64,000 nt of DNA from Octopus vulgaris (lineage: Eukaryota), in contig OX597830.1 in the NCBI GenBank assembly GCA_951406725.2, forward strand, positions 36,828,001 through 36,892,000, given 5' to 3'. Made by a program: the position numbers and the translations under genes. Below are positions 12,713 to 26,043 of this stretch, piece after piece. Under the pieces are notes generated by a model that searched no databases, was not told the origin of the DNA, and was given only the letters and a program-made list of their open reading frames with translations. Position 1 is the stretch's first letter. Every line of letters starts with the position of its first letter.

Positions 12713-13495
12713 CAACTGGGTATTAACGAAGTCAATCCATAAATAGCCTGGAGTATCTCGTAAGTTTCTATAGCGTTTTTTGCCCATTTTAACACGAAAC
12801 GTTATAGCATAGCGAGCTTACAAATTGTCTTCATGTTCCGACTGCATTCTGAAAACTAATCAGTTGTGACAAATAGTGACTCAACAGGGTGAGTTCAAAG
12901 TGCTGTTACAAGTGGCTCCTTCAACGTAGAATTACAAAAGTTTATTACATATATAGTAGTGACTAGCTATTTTGACCCGAGCTTCGCTCGGGTTTTAGTG
13001 GCGGTGTTGTTTTGTGTGTGTTCTCTCCTTTTCTCTTTCTTCTTTTGTTCGTCTTCTTTGCGTGGTTCTTTTTATTGCCCTCTTCTTTACCCTCCTTTCC
13101 AAAATCCCCCAAATTTTTACACCCACAATTAAAGATAACCGCCTCTAGCCCCTTCAGCAACACGAAAAGCCACCATTATTCAAACAGCGCAACCTGTCTA
13201 TCCCATAAAACTCAATTTTTCCCATATCCTTCACCATAGCAACCAAATGGTAGCCCCGAGCGATTTGCAACCCTCCTCACACCATTGCTCACCCCATGTA
13301 AATTTTGGCGCCAATCCGACCCCATCTGCCACCCCTTAAACCGTTCCCATGCCCAAATAAGACAAATAACCAAGAAATCAAACAACTTTTCGCATTTTAG
13401 CTTTATAGATATTGATTTACTAAAACAGCAGTAATTTAGGACAATTATAACTGCCTCTCCTAAAAAGTTTCAAAAGTTCTAGAATGCACCTCTTA
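12713..13495 (-). mobile_element. Mariner 5' fragment interrupted by a Helitron
   Basis: Minus strand encodes HTH start (..RYAITFRVKMG.KNAIETYEILQAIYG); TIR at 13462-13495 resembles that at 11875-11905. Confidence 0.7.
12963..13415 (-). mobile_element. Non-autonomous Helitron
   Basis: Minus strand starts TCAATATCTATAAAGC and ends with hairpin cccgagc-gaa-gctcggg, spacer, CTAG; inserted between A and T with no TSD. Confidence 0.8.
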
Positions 13496-14261
13496 CATGT
13501 CCTTTGAAAAGTTCATCCAATAATATACATTAACACAGTTTTATTATTGAGAATTACTCTTCTTGAACGTAAAATCATATCGGCTGAAATAGTCTGCACC
13601 AATGTCCCTCTAATTATTTGCTCTGGATGTGCGCAAAAACTTGAATTATGTTTAGATTTTTTTTACATTTTCCTTTAAAGTATGTAGTCATCTATTCGTG
13701 TAACCATCACTGAAATTCCTCCAGTTAAAAAGATCCAGTTTCACTTTGATAACCTAGTGTGCTCACATTATATTACTTTCCTGGTTGTAAAGTATACAGG
13801 TATACAGCTGAGAGGGACCATTTACCTGCACCATGAAATTGTTAGTTCATTACATTTTTTCCCCCCTCTGAAAAAATGAACTTAACGTGCAAAAAGCTAA
13901 AAGAAAGTTATGTGTTTCTGCTATCGTTAACATGACTATATGCAGAATCAAAGGTAACTGATTGAAATAAGATCTTTATAAATGCATGCATGCCATGTAA
14001 AACGAATAGCGAATAACATTATGAAACAAACTAGTTCTCGTTTAGTTGCCACTCTTATGAGATCGATACATACACACACATACATACATACATACATACA
14101 TACATACATACATACATACATACATACATACATGTATATATATAAGACTATGTATGTATGTATGAATATATGTATTTATATATATATATATATAATATAT
14201 GTATATATATATATATAGTAATATATGTATGCATGCATCTATATCTATATCTATCAATCTA

Positions 14262-14316
<55 letters not shown>

Positions 14317-14348
14317 CACTATGTATGTATGTATAAATATATGTATTG

Positions 14349-14388
<40 letters not shown>

Positions 14389-14439
14389 TAGTACATATAT
14401 GTATGCATCTCATCTCTCTCTCTCTCTCTCTCTCTCTCT

Positions 14440-14473
<34 letters not shown>

Positions 14474-14935
14474 TAAATAAAGTGGTGCGGCAGTGACCAT
14501 TCCAACATTTCCTGCCTTTAGCCATTGTGTATCTAAGAACACATTATCCAATTTGTTTTTATTGAGTTGATGGAATTCCCATTCATTCAAATATTCCATC
14601 CATTGCAATGACCAATTTTAGTCGCATTCCAGTGATAGAAACCTCATTCATTCAAATGTTACACTGCAAACAATCAAAATCCAACTGTTTTTATCTAAAT
14701 ATAATCGAAGTCGATTTAGTGATGAAGGCGACAGCAAATTCAAACACAGAAATCAAATATATTAGAATCTATAAAAACCTACACTAGATAGACAAAAGGT
14801 GTGCAAATTGTCACTAGCAAGACACAACACATATTAACTGAACCAAATGAACCTTTCAACGGAGCACTCTGGTATAAAGAATATAGCTACAAACAAGCCG
14901 GAAACATACTTTTAATAAAATTACCAAAACCTAGC

Positions 14936-14990
<55 letters not shown>

Positions 14991-15020
14991 ATTATTATTA
15001 TTATTATTAATATTATAATT
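14936..15020. repeat. (ATT)n microsatellite
   Basis: Direct inspection. Confidence 0.95.
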
Positions 15021-15493
15021 AGCCTGTCTCGTACCTTGCATGCCAATAAAGTGACACTGGGGTAATATATACGAAGCCCAGTATACCCAAGCACAAGGGC
15101 AAACCAAGCACATGCATCACAGCCATATGTGCATGAAATGGTCATCTCATATCAAGATATACAGCGACTGACTTTGCAGGTGGGGCCCAGTTAGAATTTT
15201 CTTCAGCTCGAGTAGCCCATCGTGCTCAAAGGGTCCTTGAATAAAGGTTGTTTAAGGATGTTGAATGAAACACCCATGTTTGCAGAAGTGAATTATCCAA
15301 ACCCCTAAGGATTCCTTTCAACACACGGTTATGATGCTCCCCACTACTTCTGCTCGTGATCAGGGATGCACATATCGTCAGCCACTAAGGAACATGCTCA
15401 ACTGGTTATGGTCAAACAACTGACAAGCAAATCTGTGGTATTGAGCAGAATATTTACTGTAGCCCATCTTTTATACCAAGACAAAACAATGTA

Positions 15494-15495
<2 letters not shown>
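15021..15495. repeat. Unclassified interspersed repeat embedded in (ATT)n
   Basis: About 475 bp of non-repetitive sequence bounded by (ATT)n on both sides; resembles a common octopus repeat (from recall, not verified). Confidence 0.45.
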
Positions 15496-15559
<64 letters not shown>

Positions 15560-15613
15560 CATCATTATTATCATTATTATTATAATTATTATTATTGTTA
15601 TTATTATTATTAT
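15496..15613. repeat. (ATT)n microsatellite / Dong target site
   Basis: Direct inspection; abuts the 3' end of the R4/Dong element. Confidence 0.95.
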
Positions 15614-16895
15614 ATGAAAACACACAGCTTATTTAGCTGGATATGATGGAAAGTGTCAGTTGTTCACAGCCTACTGAATAAGGTGACACTTGTTTCCTAG
15701 CCATGCTTCAAGAACCCTGCGAAGAATTCTTGCAGTTCCAAGCAAAGCAATGCTGATTTTCATAGGTGTTCTGCCTTCACACTTGCACCAATCTTTTTCA
15801 GCCATGCTGGTAGTTGAGTGCTGATACTTCCAAGGGCACCAATTACTATTGGTAACACGTCTTTTCTCTTCATTGACCACAGCCTTCGTATTTCCCACTT
15901 CAAATCGTCATAGTTATTCGTTTTTTCTTCTTTCACATTGATCTTGTCACCGGGGCATGCTATATCGATTATCATACATGTTTCTTTTTTAATCACCACA
16001 ACAATGTCCAGTTTTCGATATCTGGTCGGGTGATCACACTGGATCATTGCATCCCACACGAGTTTGCAATTCTCATTTTCTGTGACTCCTGGAGTTTGTT
16101 CATACCTCGTCTTTCTTTGTAGGCTGTCATTTCCACAGAACTTCCAATGAATCATTCTTGCCACATTGTCATGGCGTATCTTATATTCGCGTCGTGCTTA
16201 TTTCGGGCGTTCGCTAGCGATGTGCCATACCGTTTCACTCCTCTCTCCACACATTCTGCATTTGTCACTATCGATAGTGTTGTCTATTCTGCACTTCATA
16301 TAGTTGGTCCTTAACGCTTGCTCCTGAGCTGCATATAAGAGTGCTTCTGTCTCTATCTTCCGGTCACTCCTTCTCATCTATAGCCACAGGTCCTCTGTAT
16401 CTGTCTTCGCGTTCAAATCTCTTGCAAACTGACCGTACATTCTCCTTTCCATCCACGCTATTTTTTTGTTCATTTCTTGTTTAAATTTTTTAGTTTCACA
16501 ATTTTCAGTTTTGATGACGCCGGGCTTCTTCGTGTGTTTCAACAGTGGCTCCACGGCATTTTATATATACCACCCTAAATTGTTTTCCACTGCTTCGATA
16601 CAGTCTTGGCAACTGATGAAACTTCTCCCAAAATTTCTTATGGACAAGTACAGCCTATCGGTGTCATTCTGAAGGTGGAAGACTCCGTGTACTATTAACA
16701 TTTTTCTGATCTTGCGGTATCCATTTTCGTCACTTCTCTCTTTTGCCATTTTATAATTCCCGCCCCATACAGAAATGATGCTATCGCCCACGAATTAACT
16801 GCTTGGATTTTATTCCATCCTGTCAATATTGAGCGCAACACCAACCCCCAGTCTCCGGAGATACTCCATCTTCAGTTACTCTTTCATTATCCCTT
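15614..16895 (-). mobile_element. R4/Dong-clade non-LTR retrotransposon, 5'-truncated pseudogene (RT C-terminus, CCHC finger, restriction-like endonuclease)
   Basis: DTDRLYLSIRNFGRSF; CRMCGERSETVWHI..RHDNVARMIHW; LVWD..RKLDIVV..IIDIACPGD..EK..YDDL..LPIVIGALG; 3' end joined to (TAA)n. Confidence 0.9.
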
Positions 16896-16925
16896 GGATA
16901 ATATGTACATAAACACATATATACA

Positions 16926-16975
<50 letters not shown>

Positions 16976-17129
16976 CAAACACAGATACACATATACATAT
17001 ATATACTTATGGGTACATGCGTGTGTATATGTGTGTGTATCGTAAAGACTTACTTTTATTATACGTCCTCTCTGCATGTCCCACCCTTTCTATAATATTA
17101 ATTAATTTAACGTTTAATAGATCCTAATT

Positions 17130-18853
17130 TCGTCTTACAAATGATAGCCTACGCAACTGAAATAATTACACGCCGATACTAATGACTCTATTGTTAAAAG
17201 AATATTTAAAAGAGACAGAAAATTTATACATATTAATGAATACACTCTTATTTCTCTCGCTAATGACAAAAGAAATTTTAAACTGGCAAGACAATCTTCT
17301 CTTTTCCATAGAGGAGAACAGCCAATCACCTGAGAAATTACATCGATGCAAAAATTCCAGCCGAGTGATTGTAAGACTGTAAGAAATGCGACAACAGCTG
17401 CAAGCACACACGTGGTTTCACCTCAAAAAGTTGACCCTGAACAGAGAGCTTCGTCGGAATCTGTGTAAAATAATAGCAAAATGAGAGAAAACGCTGGATT
17501 AGTGAAAACTACATGAAATTACTGCAATTATATTATATAGCTACAGTATTTTCAGAAATATATTGATAAGAGATATACGATCTTCGGAGAAAAAAGAATA
17601 AAGAAGTAAGAAAATATTACAGCAAATATGCTAGCACATATATGAATATTTGCAGTTGACAATACAATGATTTCAAGAGTTGCATCAGACAAGCTTATAG
17701 ATAGGATACACATTGGAAATATATCAAAAGTTTGGATATATGCAAAAAATTACCAGCTGCAAATTAACGAGAAACAGAGAGCATGCTATATTCGTAAAAA
17801 CATAATCCCCAACAAAAGAACGAAAATGCATCGGAGGCGACTACAGATACAATATGTGAGAACTCAAAATATGATGAAAAGGCTACATAGCAGATCGTGC
17901 AAACCATGCACGAAAAATAAAGAGAAATAAAGAAGGGCAACCGTTGCCTCACAAAACGATGTATACCGGATTAAGTTAAATGTCACCGCCTTCGTCTTCT
18001 CGGCAGAGCGGAAATAAACAACACGCATGGAAAAAAGAAAAACAAAGATGCAGTCGATTCTTTCCATTAGTTAGCCTGAAATTGTTACTCTTTTGCTGTA
18101 TATGCGACTATTTATTTTTTTACTCAGGAGCCTAGGTAGAGGATAAACTTAGACAAAGGGGTCCACGTTCGAGTGGGTTAAGACTGGTCTTATACTTTTA
18201 ACAAGTAGAATCTTTCAATGGGTCTTATTATTCCCTTACACCTTTGCTTCACTTAAACTCCATTATAAAATCTTTTAAGCAAAATCATCATTGGTTCCTA
18301 ATGCTACGGACAAACTATAAGCCATATCCTCGATATAGATAAGAGAATATTTACAAGGGTTAATGGACAAATGGAAATCTATTAAATTATTCATAAATTT
18401 ATCCAAGACATAAAAATGTGATTGGTTATTATATAAGAAAATTAACTGGAACTGGGAATATTGAATTTGACATACACATAGAAATCTGAGAATTAAATGA
18501 GAAGCACCTATAAAGATACTTAGGAGTAGGCGAAACCAGTAAAAGATGAATTGGAAAATTGTAAAGGAGTGTTACATATGAGTCAGATTAATATTAAAAC
18601 TTAATTAAATGGTAGGAAAAATATGATAGGTATTAATATATTAGAAATATATTAACGATTTCAGTTACAAGTAACGACTTCAATATAATAGAGTGAAAGT
18701 TGAGACGGAAACTCCTGGAAGCTACAAAGTCAAATATTGTGTAGTTAGAATATATCCGTCCCACACGCAAAGGAACCGAGGTTAGTTGCAAACAGAAAAG
18801 TATTACAAAATACTAACAGGACTAGGAAAATACTTAGAAGCAAGCGAAGGGAA

Positions 18854-18857
<4 letters not shown>
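17130..18857 (+). mobile_element. Highly decayed second R4/Dong-like LINE
   Basis: Remnant motifs (YK)YLGV.E, RLILKT.LNGRKN..GIN, ..RG.LQTEKYYKI..GLGKYLE at 18500-18850; upstream boundary uncertain. Confidence 0.55.
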
Positions 18858-18913
<56 letters not shown>

Positions 18914-18914
<1 letters not shown>

Positions 18915-19645
18915 AGGTCATCCCATAAGTTCTGCCCGAATTTTGAATAAAGAAAACAAGTGATCAAATGTTATATTTAATTGAAATTTAATCATCAATG
19001 TACTTTCTCTGATTATCTATGACTTCCTTCCATCTATTTACAAGCTTTTTAATCCCATCAATGTAAAACTCTTTTGGTTTCAAAGCGAAGAACTCTGAAA
19101 TGTCAGTTTCGAACTCCTCCTGGCTTGTGAAAGTTATGTCCCCCAAATGATTCTGTAAACTACGAAACAAATGGTAGTCTGAAGGAGCAGGGTCGAGAGA
19201 GTAAGGTAGATGAGGAATTTTTTCCGAACTAAGCTGTGATGTGATCTTTGCAGTGTAGGGTCACGCATTGTCCTGATGAAACCTCACTCTTTTTCGAATC
19301 ACTAAAGCGGGTCTTTTTACTTCAAAGCTGGGTTCAAATGCTCTAATTGTTGACAGTAGACTTCAGTATTGATTGTTACATTAGGTGGTAACAATTCAAA
19401 GTGAATTACTTCTTTGCAATCCCACCAGATTGAGAGAACCTTTTTCCCATGCAGTTCCCTTCTCGATTGTGATCGAGTTTTTCCCCTTTTACCAAGCCAC
19501 TGTTTACGACGTTTAAAATTTCGATAGAAGATCCATTTTTCGTCACCAGTCACAAGTCTATCCAAAAAGGGTGAAATGAGTTCGCGAGAATGGTGAGAAG
19601 AGTAGATGTCAACTCGGGATTTACGGTTGCCAATTCACGTGGCAT
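18914..19645 (-). mobile_element. Mariner 3' half (pseudogene)
   Basis: LVTGDEKWIFY, FHQDNA, PYSLDPAPSDYHLFRSLQNHL; TIR-like aggtcatcccataagttctgcccgaattt. Confidence 0.9.
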
Positions 19646-19651
19646 ATATAT

Positions 19652-19712
<61 letters not shown>

Positions 19713-19714
19713 CC

Positions 19715-19807
19715 GAGTCTAATCGCGCGCAGAGAGTGAATGTATGCTCTTATTTGCTTTCACGTCTCACAAGTGAACCTTTTTGGACCGAGTAGTGACA
19801 GGTGACC
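19715..19807 (+). mobile_element. Short mariner transposase fragment
   Basis: Translates NRAQRVNVCSYLLSRLTSEPFLDRVVTGD (one small frameshift). Confidence 0.7.
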
Positions 19808-20614
19808 CATAAGCCAAAAATTCGGACTTTTTGTATTTTAAAAAAGTTCGCAAAATTGGAGATGAAATTGCTTTAAATTTCGGAAAATGGAAAACCCGTT
19901 TCTTTTGCTTAGTCGTATGATTATTGTGTGTATAACAAAGATTCCAAAATATTTTCTGAAAATTTCAAATAAATATAGATATTAGGGGTTATATGACGTG
20001 CGCAAGGTAGGATTCCCTGAAAATATGATCCTAGATAACTCAACAATACTATTAAAAAAACATACATATGTAGGGTTTACACGTATGTGTATTGAACGTA
20101 ACACGTTCCGACCGATCTAATCTTCCTCATAATAACACAAAATACCCAACAAATAATTAGCTATAAGTTACAATATTTAGTATCGCAAATATGTACGTAC
20201 GTATGTACGTACATATGTATATATATATATATGTTTGTATGCGTGTATGAATGAGAGTGTATGTTTTGTATGTATAATGATTTATGGAAATATATATTAG
20301 CTTACATTGTTAACCTTTTTAGCTAATGAGTCTGATTGCTTAACAAAATAAAACCAAGAAATAAAGCATACAAAAGATACGTACAAGCTTTGGAAGAATG
20401 TGTAAGACGCAAATATTGGTTAATTGGACATAAATTGCAGATAATGGTAAGAAACCTTTCCACTTAATCTGTTCTTAGATATTTGGCATATTAACGAAGC
20501 CACATACGCAATATTTCAGATACACATATGGCTATATTTTTTATCTATCTATCTATCTATCTATCTATCTCTCTCTATCTATGTATGTATGCATGTATCT
20601 ATTTATCTATCTAG

Positions 20615-20674
<60 letters not shown>

Positions 20675-21154
20675 GTATATATATACATACACACATGTAC
20701 ACACATATATATATACATATGTAACTTTTATATCAGATATATCTACTACATTTTCCGCATGAATACGCACACACATGTATAATAAATGTGCGAGTATGTG
20801 TGTGCATGTGTGTCTATGTATGCGTGTCTTTACTTGAGTTTTTATTCACTCATAGTCTCATTAGCCAAGTAGGTTAACTATGTAACCCGATATCTCCACA
20901 AATCATTAAATATTCTGTTGACATGCTTCATTAAACTAGATATTTTAAAGAGATGAAGTATTAGGCCTCATTTACTTCACGAAACTAGTGTTCCAATCCA
21001 ATGCAGGAGTCTGGGGTGGTGGGACTGTCTTCTTTTAGCAGTGATTAAATGCTTTGCGTAGTTCTTTTGGTATTTGCAGTCATTTAGATATTTTTATATA
21101 CCAATTTTGATTGTTTAACATACGTACAACCCCTCCTCTCTCAATATAAATACA

Positions 21155-21220
<66 letters not shown>

Positions 21221-21221
21221 C

Positions 21222-21281
<60 letters not shown>

Positions 21282-21454
21282 AGGTTTGGAGAAGAAATGA
21301 GCTACTCAGAAGATCGGATGGTTTATATTTACAGATATTTATTTATATATTACATATCACTTAGATCATTAGCGCTTTCTCCCATTCTAGTGGGGTTTTC
21401 AAATCAAACTAAGTTCCTGTGTGAGGAATTTTGATAATTTTATAGAGTTTCGTA

Positions 21455-21680
21455 GTGGTGCCAAAGATCCCAACATCACCATCAAAATACAGGACTAGAT
21501 ACTGCAACAGCTTGAGTTTCAGGGGACCACAGCTCTTCAATATCCTTCCTAAATGCCTGAGAGACCTGCATGGTGTCGATGTGGGTTTCTTTAAAGCTAA
21601 ACTAGATCTCTTCTTGTCAGGGGTTCCAGATGAACCTACCTCTCGACAGGAAACACAGATGCCGGCAGCGGCGTCGAAAG
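21455..21680 (+). mobile_element. CR1-like LINE ORF2 C-terminal fragment
   Basis: NSLSFRGPQLFNILPKCLRDLHGVDVGFFKAKLDLFLSGVPDEP, typical of the invertebrate CR1-group ORF2 end. Confidence 0.75.
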
Positions 21681-22039
21681 AGAGAGAGAGATAGAGAGAG
21701 AGATAGAGGGAGGGAGAGAGAGGGGAAAGAGAGAGTGAGAGAGACGGGTGGAGAAAGAGTGACAGAGCCGGCGAAGGTGGCGGGGGAAAGAGATGGAAGC
21801 TGTCAAACGTCATTATAGAGAGAACGCGGAGGAAAGGGAGGAGGAAAGGTAGGAAAGAGCATTTCAGCTTTATAGATATTGATTAAGTGGAAAAACGCTC
21901 AATGAATTCTATCTCAAATCGCTGAATAAATTTTGCTTTACAGAAAATTTGATAGATAACGAAACGGGTTCGCACTTGACACCATTCTTGACAAATATCA
22001 TATTTGTTTGAATCTCCTCAATCAATTGTAATTCTATTT

Positions 22040-22420
22040 TGGCTATCTTTTAGGTTTCGCTCATTGGACTGCAGCCATGCTGGGGCACCACCTTGAAGGG
22101 TTTTACTCGAACAAATCAACTCCAAGAGTATCTCTTGTACGCCTCGCATAATTTGTATCATCTCTTTTGCCGGACAACTAAGTACGGAGACATAATCAAA
22201 ACGACCCTGGAGTGGGGAGGGGGTGGTGCAAACACACGCACAATCACACACACAAACACACACACGATAGGTTTGCACAACTTTTTCATTTACCAAATTC
22301 ATTCACTATGCATTGGTTCGGGCATAACGTACACGACACAAAAGTTCCAATGTGCCACGTATCCGGATTGAACCCGGAACCACGTGGTTGCGAAATGAAC
22401 TTTTCAACCACACAGCCATG
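22040..22420 (-). mobile_element. SINE family A, decayed
   Basis: gactgcagccatgctggggcacc tail and gattgaacccggaaccacgtggttg...accacacagcca head. Confidence 0.8.
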
Positions 22421-22555
22421 TCAGGGCTTATTGCTGATGAATTTATTATGGTGTTTTATCAAATAATATCTCACTATCTCCAAAGTACGATGGTCATTTA
22501 AAGCTAAAGCCTGTAAGTTCGTTAAGGGCATATCTGATGATTTATAATTAATACC

Positions 22556-22960
22556 TATTTCTTTACTGCTCACAAGGGGCTAAACACAGAGAGGACAAAC
22601 AAGGACAAACAAACGGATTAAGTCGAATACAACGACCTCTGTGCGTAGCTGGTACTTAATTTATCGACTCCGAAAGGATGAAAGGCAAAGTCGACTTTGA
22701 TCTCAGAACGTAACGGCAGACGAAATACCTATTTCTCTACTACCCACAAGGGGCTAAACACAGAGAAGACAAACAAGGACAGACAAACGGATTAAGTCGA
22801 TTATATCGACTCCAGTGCGTAACTGGTACTTATTTAATCGACCCCGAAAGGACGAAAGCAAAGTCGACCTCGGCGGAATTTGAACTCAGAACGTAGCAGC
22901 AGACGAAATACTGCTAGGCATTTCGCCCGGCGTGCTAACGTTTCTGCCAGCTCGTCGCCT
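22556..22960 (-). mobile_element. SINE family B with tandemly duplicated 3' half and long TSD
   Basis: 3' segment repeated (22556-22725, 22726-22900); direct repeat tctgatgatttataattaatacc at 22533-22555 and 22961-22983. Confidence 0.9.
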
Positions 22961-24239
22961 TCTGATGATTTATAATTAATACCATTGAAGTGAAGTTGGA
23001 TCTTAACGAGCGATTTAGTCGTTGCCTTGAGCGAATCCACAAGAAAGTTTGAAATCAGTGATGTGAGAGAACGGCTACTAGTGAACCTTTACGGATCTGC
23101 CTATTCATGAATAAGAGAAATAGTACTCGATAACCGAGATACGTTGAGTACTAGACCGCTAGGTACGTGATAGCCTAGTGGCTGATATAGCATCAAACAG
23201 GATGACCCTATGGTTAAGCAGTTCGTTTCGTAACCTCGTGTTTTCAGGTTTAGTCCTACTGTGCAGCAACCATTGCTCTTTTATACTTAGAGGCAGGCGA
23301 ACTCGATCCTTCATACATCAAATAAGCGAGAAGATACAAAGCACTAATGTCACACCTGGTAGTCGAATCCTCTACACTTTTTATATGAAGTATAAATAGC
23401 TAATAAGAACAACTATTTCTTGTAAACCATTTCGGGTATAAAATGCGGCTGGTTCCTTGTTTTAACACGAATGACATTTCAAGTTTAAGTTTTGTAGAAT
23501 CAAATCTCTTTCCAATATTTGCAAACGTAGAATTAGATACTGGATTCCTGTGTTATTAACTACGACATTATTCTTTTTATACCAAAGATTATGAAACGAT
23601 GAACGACTGTTTATTCAATAGTTCCGAGGTCTCTTTAATTAGAACAAAAGATTAATAAATGCTATAAAATAATATTTCAACATTTATTTATTTCCCCGTA
23701 TGAATGTAATGACAATCAACCATGAATAGAATAAAAAGCAAATTAGCTCCGTAATAGCGGCACTATTATCGCATATAGCATTAAAATCATGCTAAAGGAA
23801 TAATTGTTATAAGGTCGCATAAAAATTGATCGCTATTAAATTCGTCAATAAAATACTTGCATAGAATCGTAAGACGAATCTTAGCAAGTTCGTTTGTTTT
23901 TATTTGTTTCGTTCAATTTTCGGAGTTATTCCCCCGTACAATTAGAATTTTATGACTGTCATTTGACAGAGTGCAACACGCTCCCCTGACTCAGAGATAA
24001 CTACAACTGCTAAAAATTGAAAAAAAAAAAATTAAGAATAAATTTAACGTGTAAGGCAATGCATAGTAGAATCGGTAGAGCGCTCCAGAAAAATTATTAG
24101 CACTATACAGTTACTGTTCTCGAAATATATAAAAAAAAACCTTCTATAGAGATGAAACATTTTCTACTTTTCACACTAAAATTCAATCGGTTTTACCTCC
24201 AATTGTCAGCAGGTGTGCTATGCCTACATAGCACCATGA

Positions 24240-24660
24240 ATGACTAGTTTTACTGGTTTGCTCTGAAAGAAAGGAGAATGATTACTTGCTGTTGCAGATC
24301 TTCTGTGACAGGTGAGATCGATGTAGCTTAATGTTGATGTTAAACGGCTGCAAGAAAAATGGATGATGAAGGAATAAGTTTTTCTTGTAGTTGTCGACTT
24401 GCAATTATTCAGAAGGAACACTTGCAAGTTGACGTTTCAGAGAGGAAGCACTGGGAATTTTGGAAGGGAAATGGTAATCGCGAGGTCTGAGGTTGGGTAC
24501 ACACAATATGGATAACGAAAAGAGGAGGACTTAAGTGAGCCTAGCCGTGCCTGACAGAAAGTAACATGTGACGGTCAGCTGCGAGGTACAGAAACCACTG
24601 GAGTAGCAGTAGAAAAATTAAGGACACAGCATATCTCTATCTCAGAGATTGGATTGTCTT
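24240..24660 (-). mobile_element. Decayed LINE (CR1/L2/Jockey-group) 3' end
   Basis: Weak remnants (YPYCVY..RPR..; LQPFNINI..IDL) resembling an ORF2 C-terminus. Confidence 0.35.
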
Positions 24661-25546
24661 CTTGTTGACTCGATAACCTAGTTATAGTACATGATAACCT
24701 AGCAGATGAGCTGGATGGCTGTATAGTCGGGAGGTTCGCTCCACAACTATGTTGTTTCGGTTTCAGTCTCATTGTGCAGCATCTTGGGAAAATTTATTTT
24801 ACTGTAGCCCTGAAATCAACCATCCAGATATCAAATTAGTTAGAAGATAAAAACATCTCACCGTTATGTCACTTGGCTATCCGATACTCTATATATGTGC
24901 TTAGTTATCTACATTTTTTATATGAAGTATAGATAGCTAAAAAAGAACAGCAATCTCTTGAAAACTATTGTGTATAAAATTTGGCTGATTTCTCACATTT
25001 ATGCGAATGACATTCAAGATTAAGGTTACTGATAAGATTGGCTTAGTGACATCATGGGTAAAAGTGTCACTACCATCAACTTAAGAAATGCAGGCTCCTA
25101 GTTCGAATCATATCAGTTTTATGCACCTTTCCAGGAAATAAATTAGTTGACGATTGGAAATCAAACTAAGTGAAAGGTAGTGTGGATATAAATATTTAAA
25201 ATATGTTTCAGCTTTACCTAGTTTCAGTCACAAGGTATGGGCTAAGACAAGCTACAGAAAATGACATTTTCTAATATTCTGAAATTGAACCAAGTACTTC
25301 GAGTTTGCGACGCGAAAATTTTAACCATTCGGCCATGCTTCACCTACTCCGAAAAAAAATTATAGTCTTGTTAAAACAAATATTCTTAAGAAATTTAATT
25401 AATTTACATCTCTTTATCACCTGAGTTCAAATCCTGCCAAGAATGGCCATAACTTTCATTCCTCCGAAATTGATAAATTAGTTAATCGACCAGCACAAGA
25501 TGATGATGGTGGCGGCGAAGGTAGTGGCGGTGGTGTATGTATTTGT

Positions 25547-25586
<40 letters not shown>

Positions 25587-26043
25587 TTTTTAAACAGCCG
25601 CTCCGACCAGCGCAAAAAATATTTTTGAATTTGTTCAAGTGTTAAAAATCAATATTTATTAAAATTAAATGTGTGAAAGGCGGTGGTGCAGAAGAAAATG
25701 GTGGACTTTCGGATGAAATACTTCTCATTATTTAGTCTCATCGTTTTATGCCCAACTAGGTTATTAGTTTGCATTTCACTATTCCAGGATCAACAAAATT
25801 AATTACAATCGTGTACTGAAACAATTCAATCATTTTAATCATGCTTCTTCCCATATAATTAGTGTCCTTGTACTAATGGAAGAAATCAATATGAAAGTGT
25901 AACTTAATAGTCAATTGTCAGCTGCTACTCAACTAAATTGGCTGAATATCTCACATGATTCGAATCCCGCTCTGTGTTTTGTATTCAAGTCATCCCACAA
26001 GTATGACCCTGGATTTCATTCCTTTATGGAGGTCGAGAAAGAA

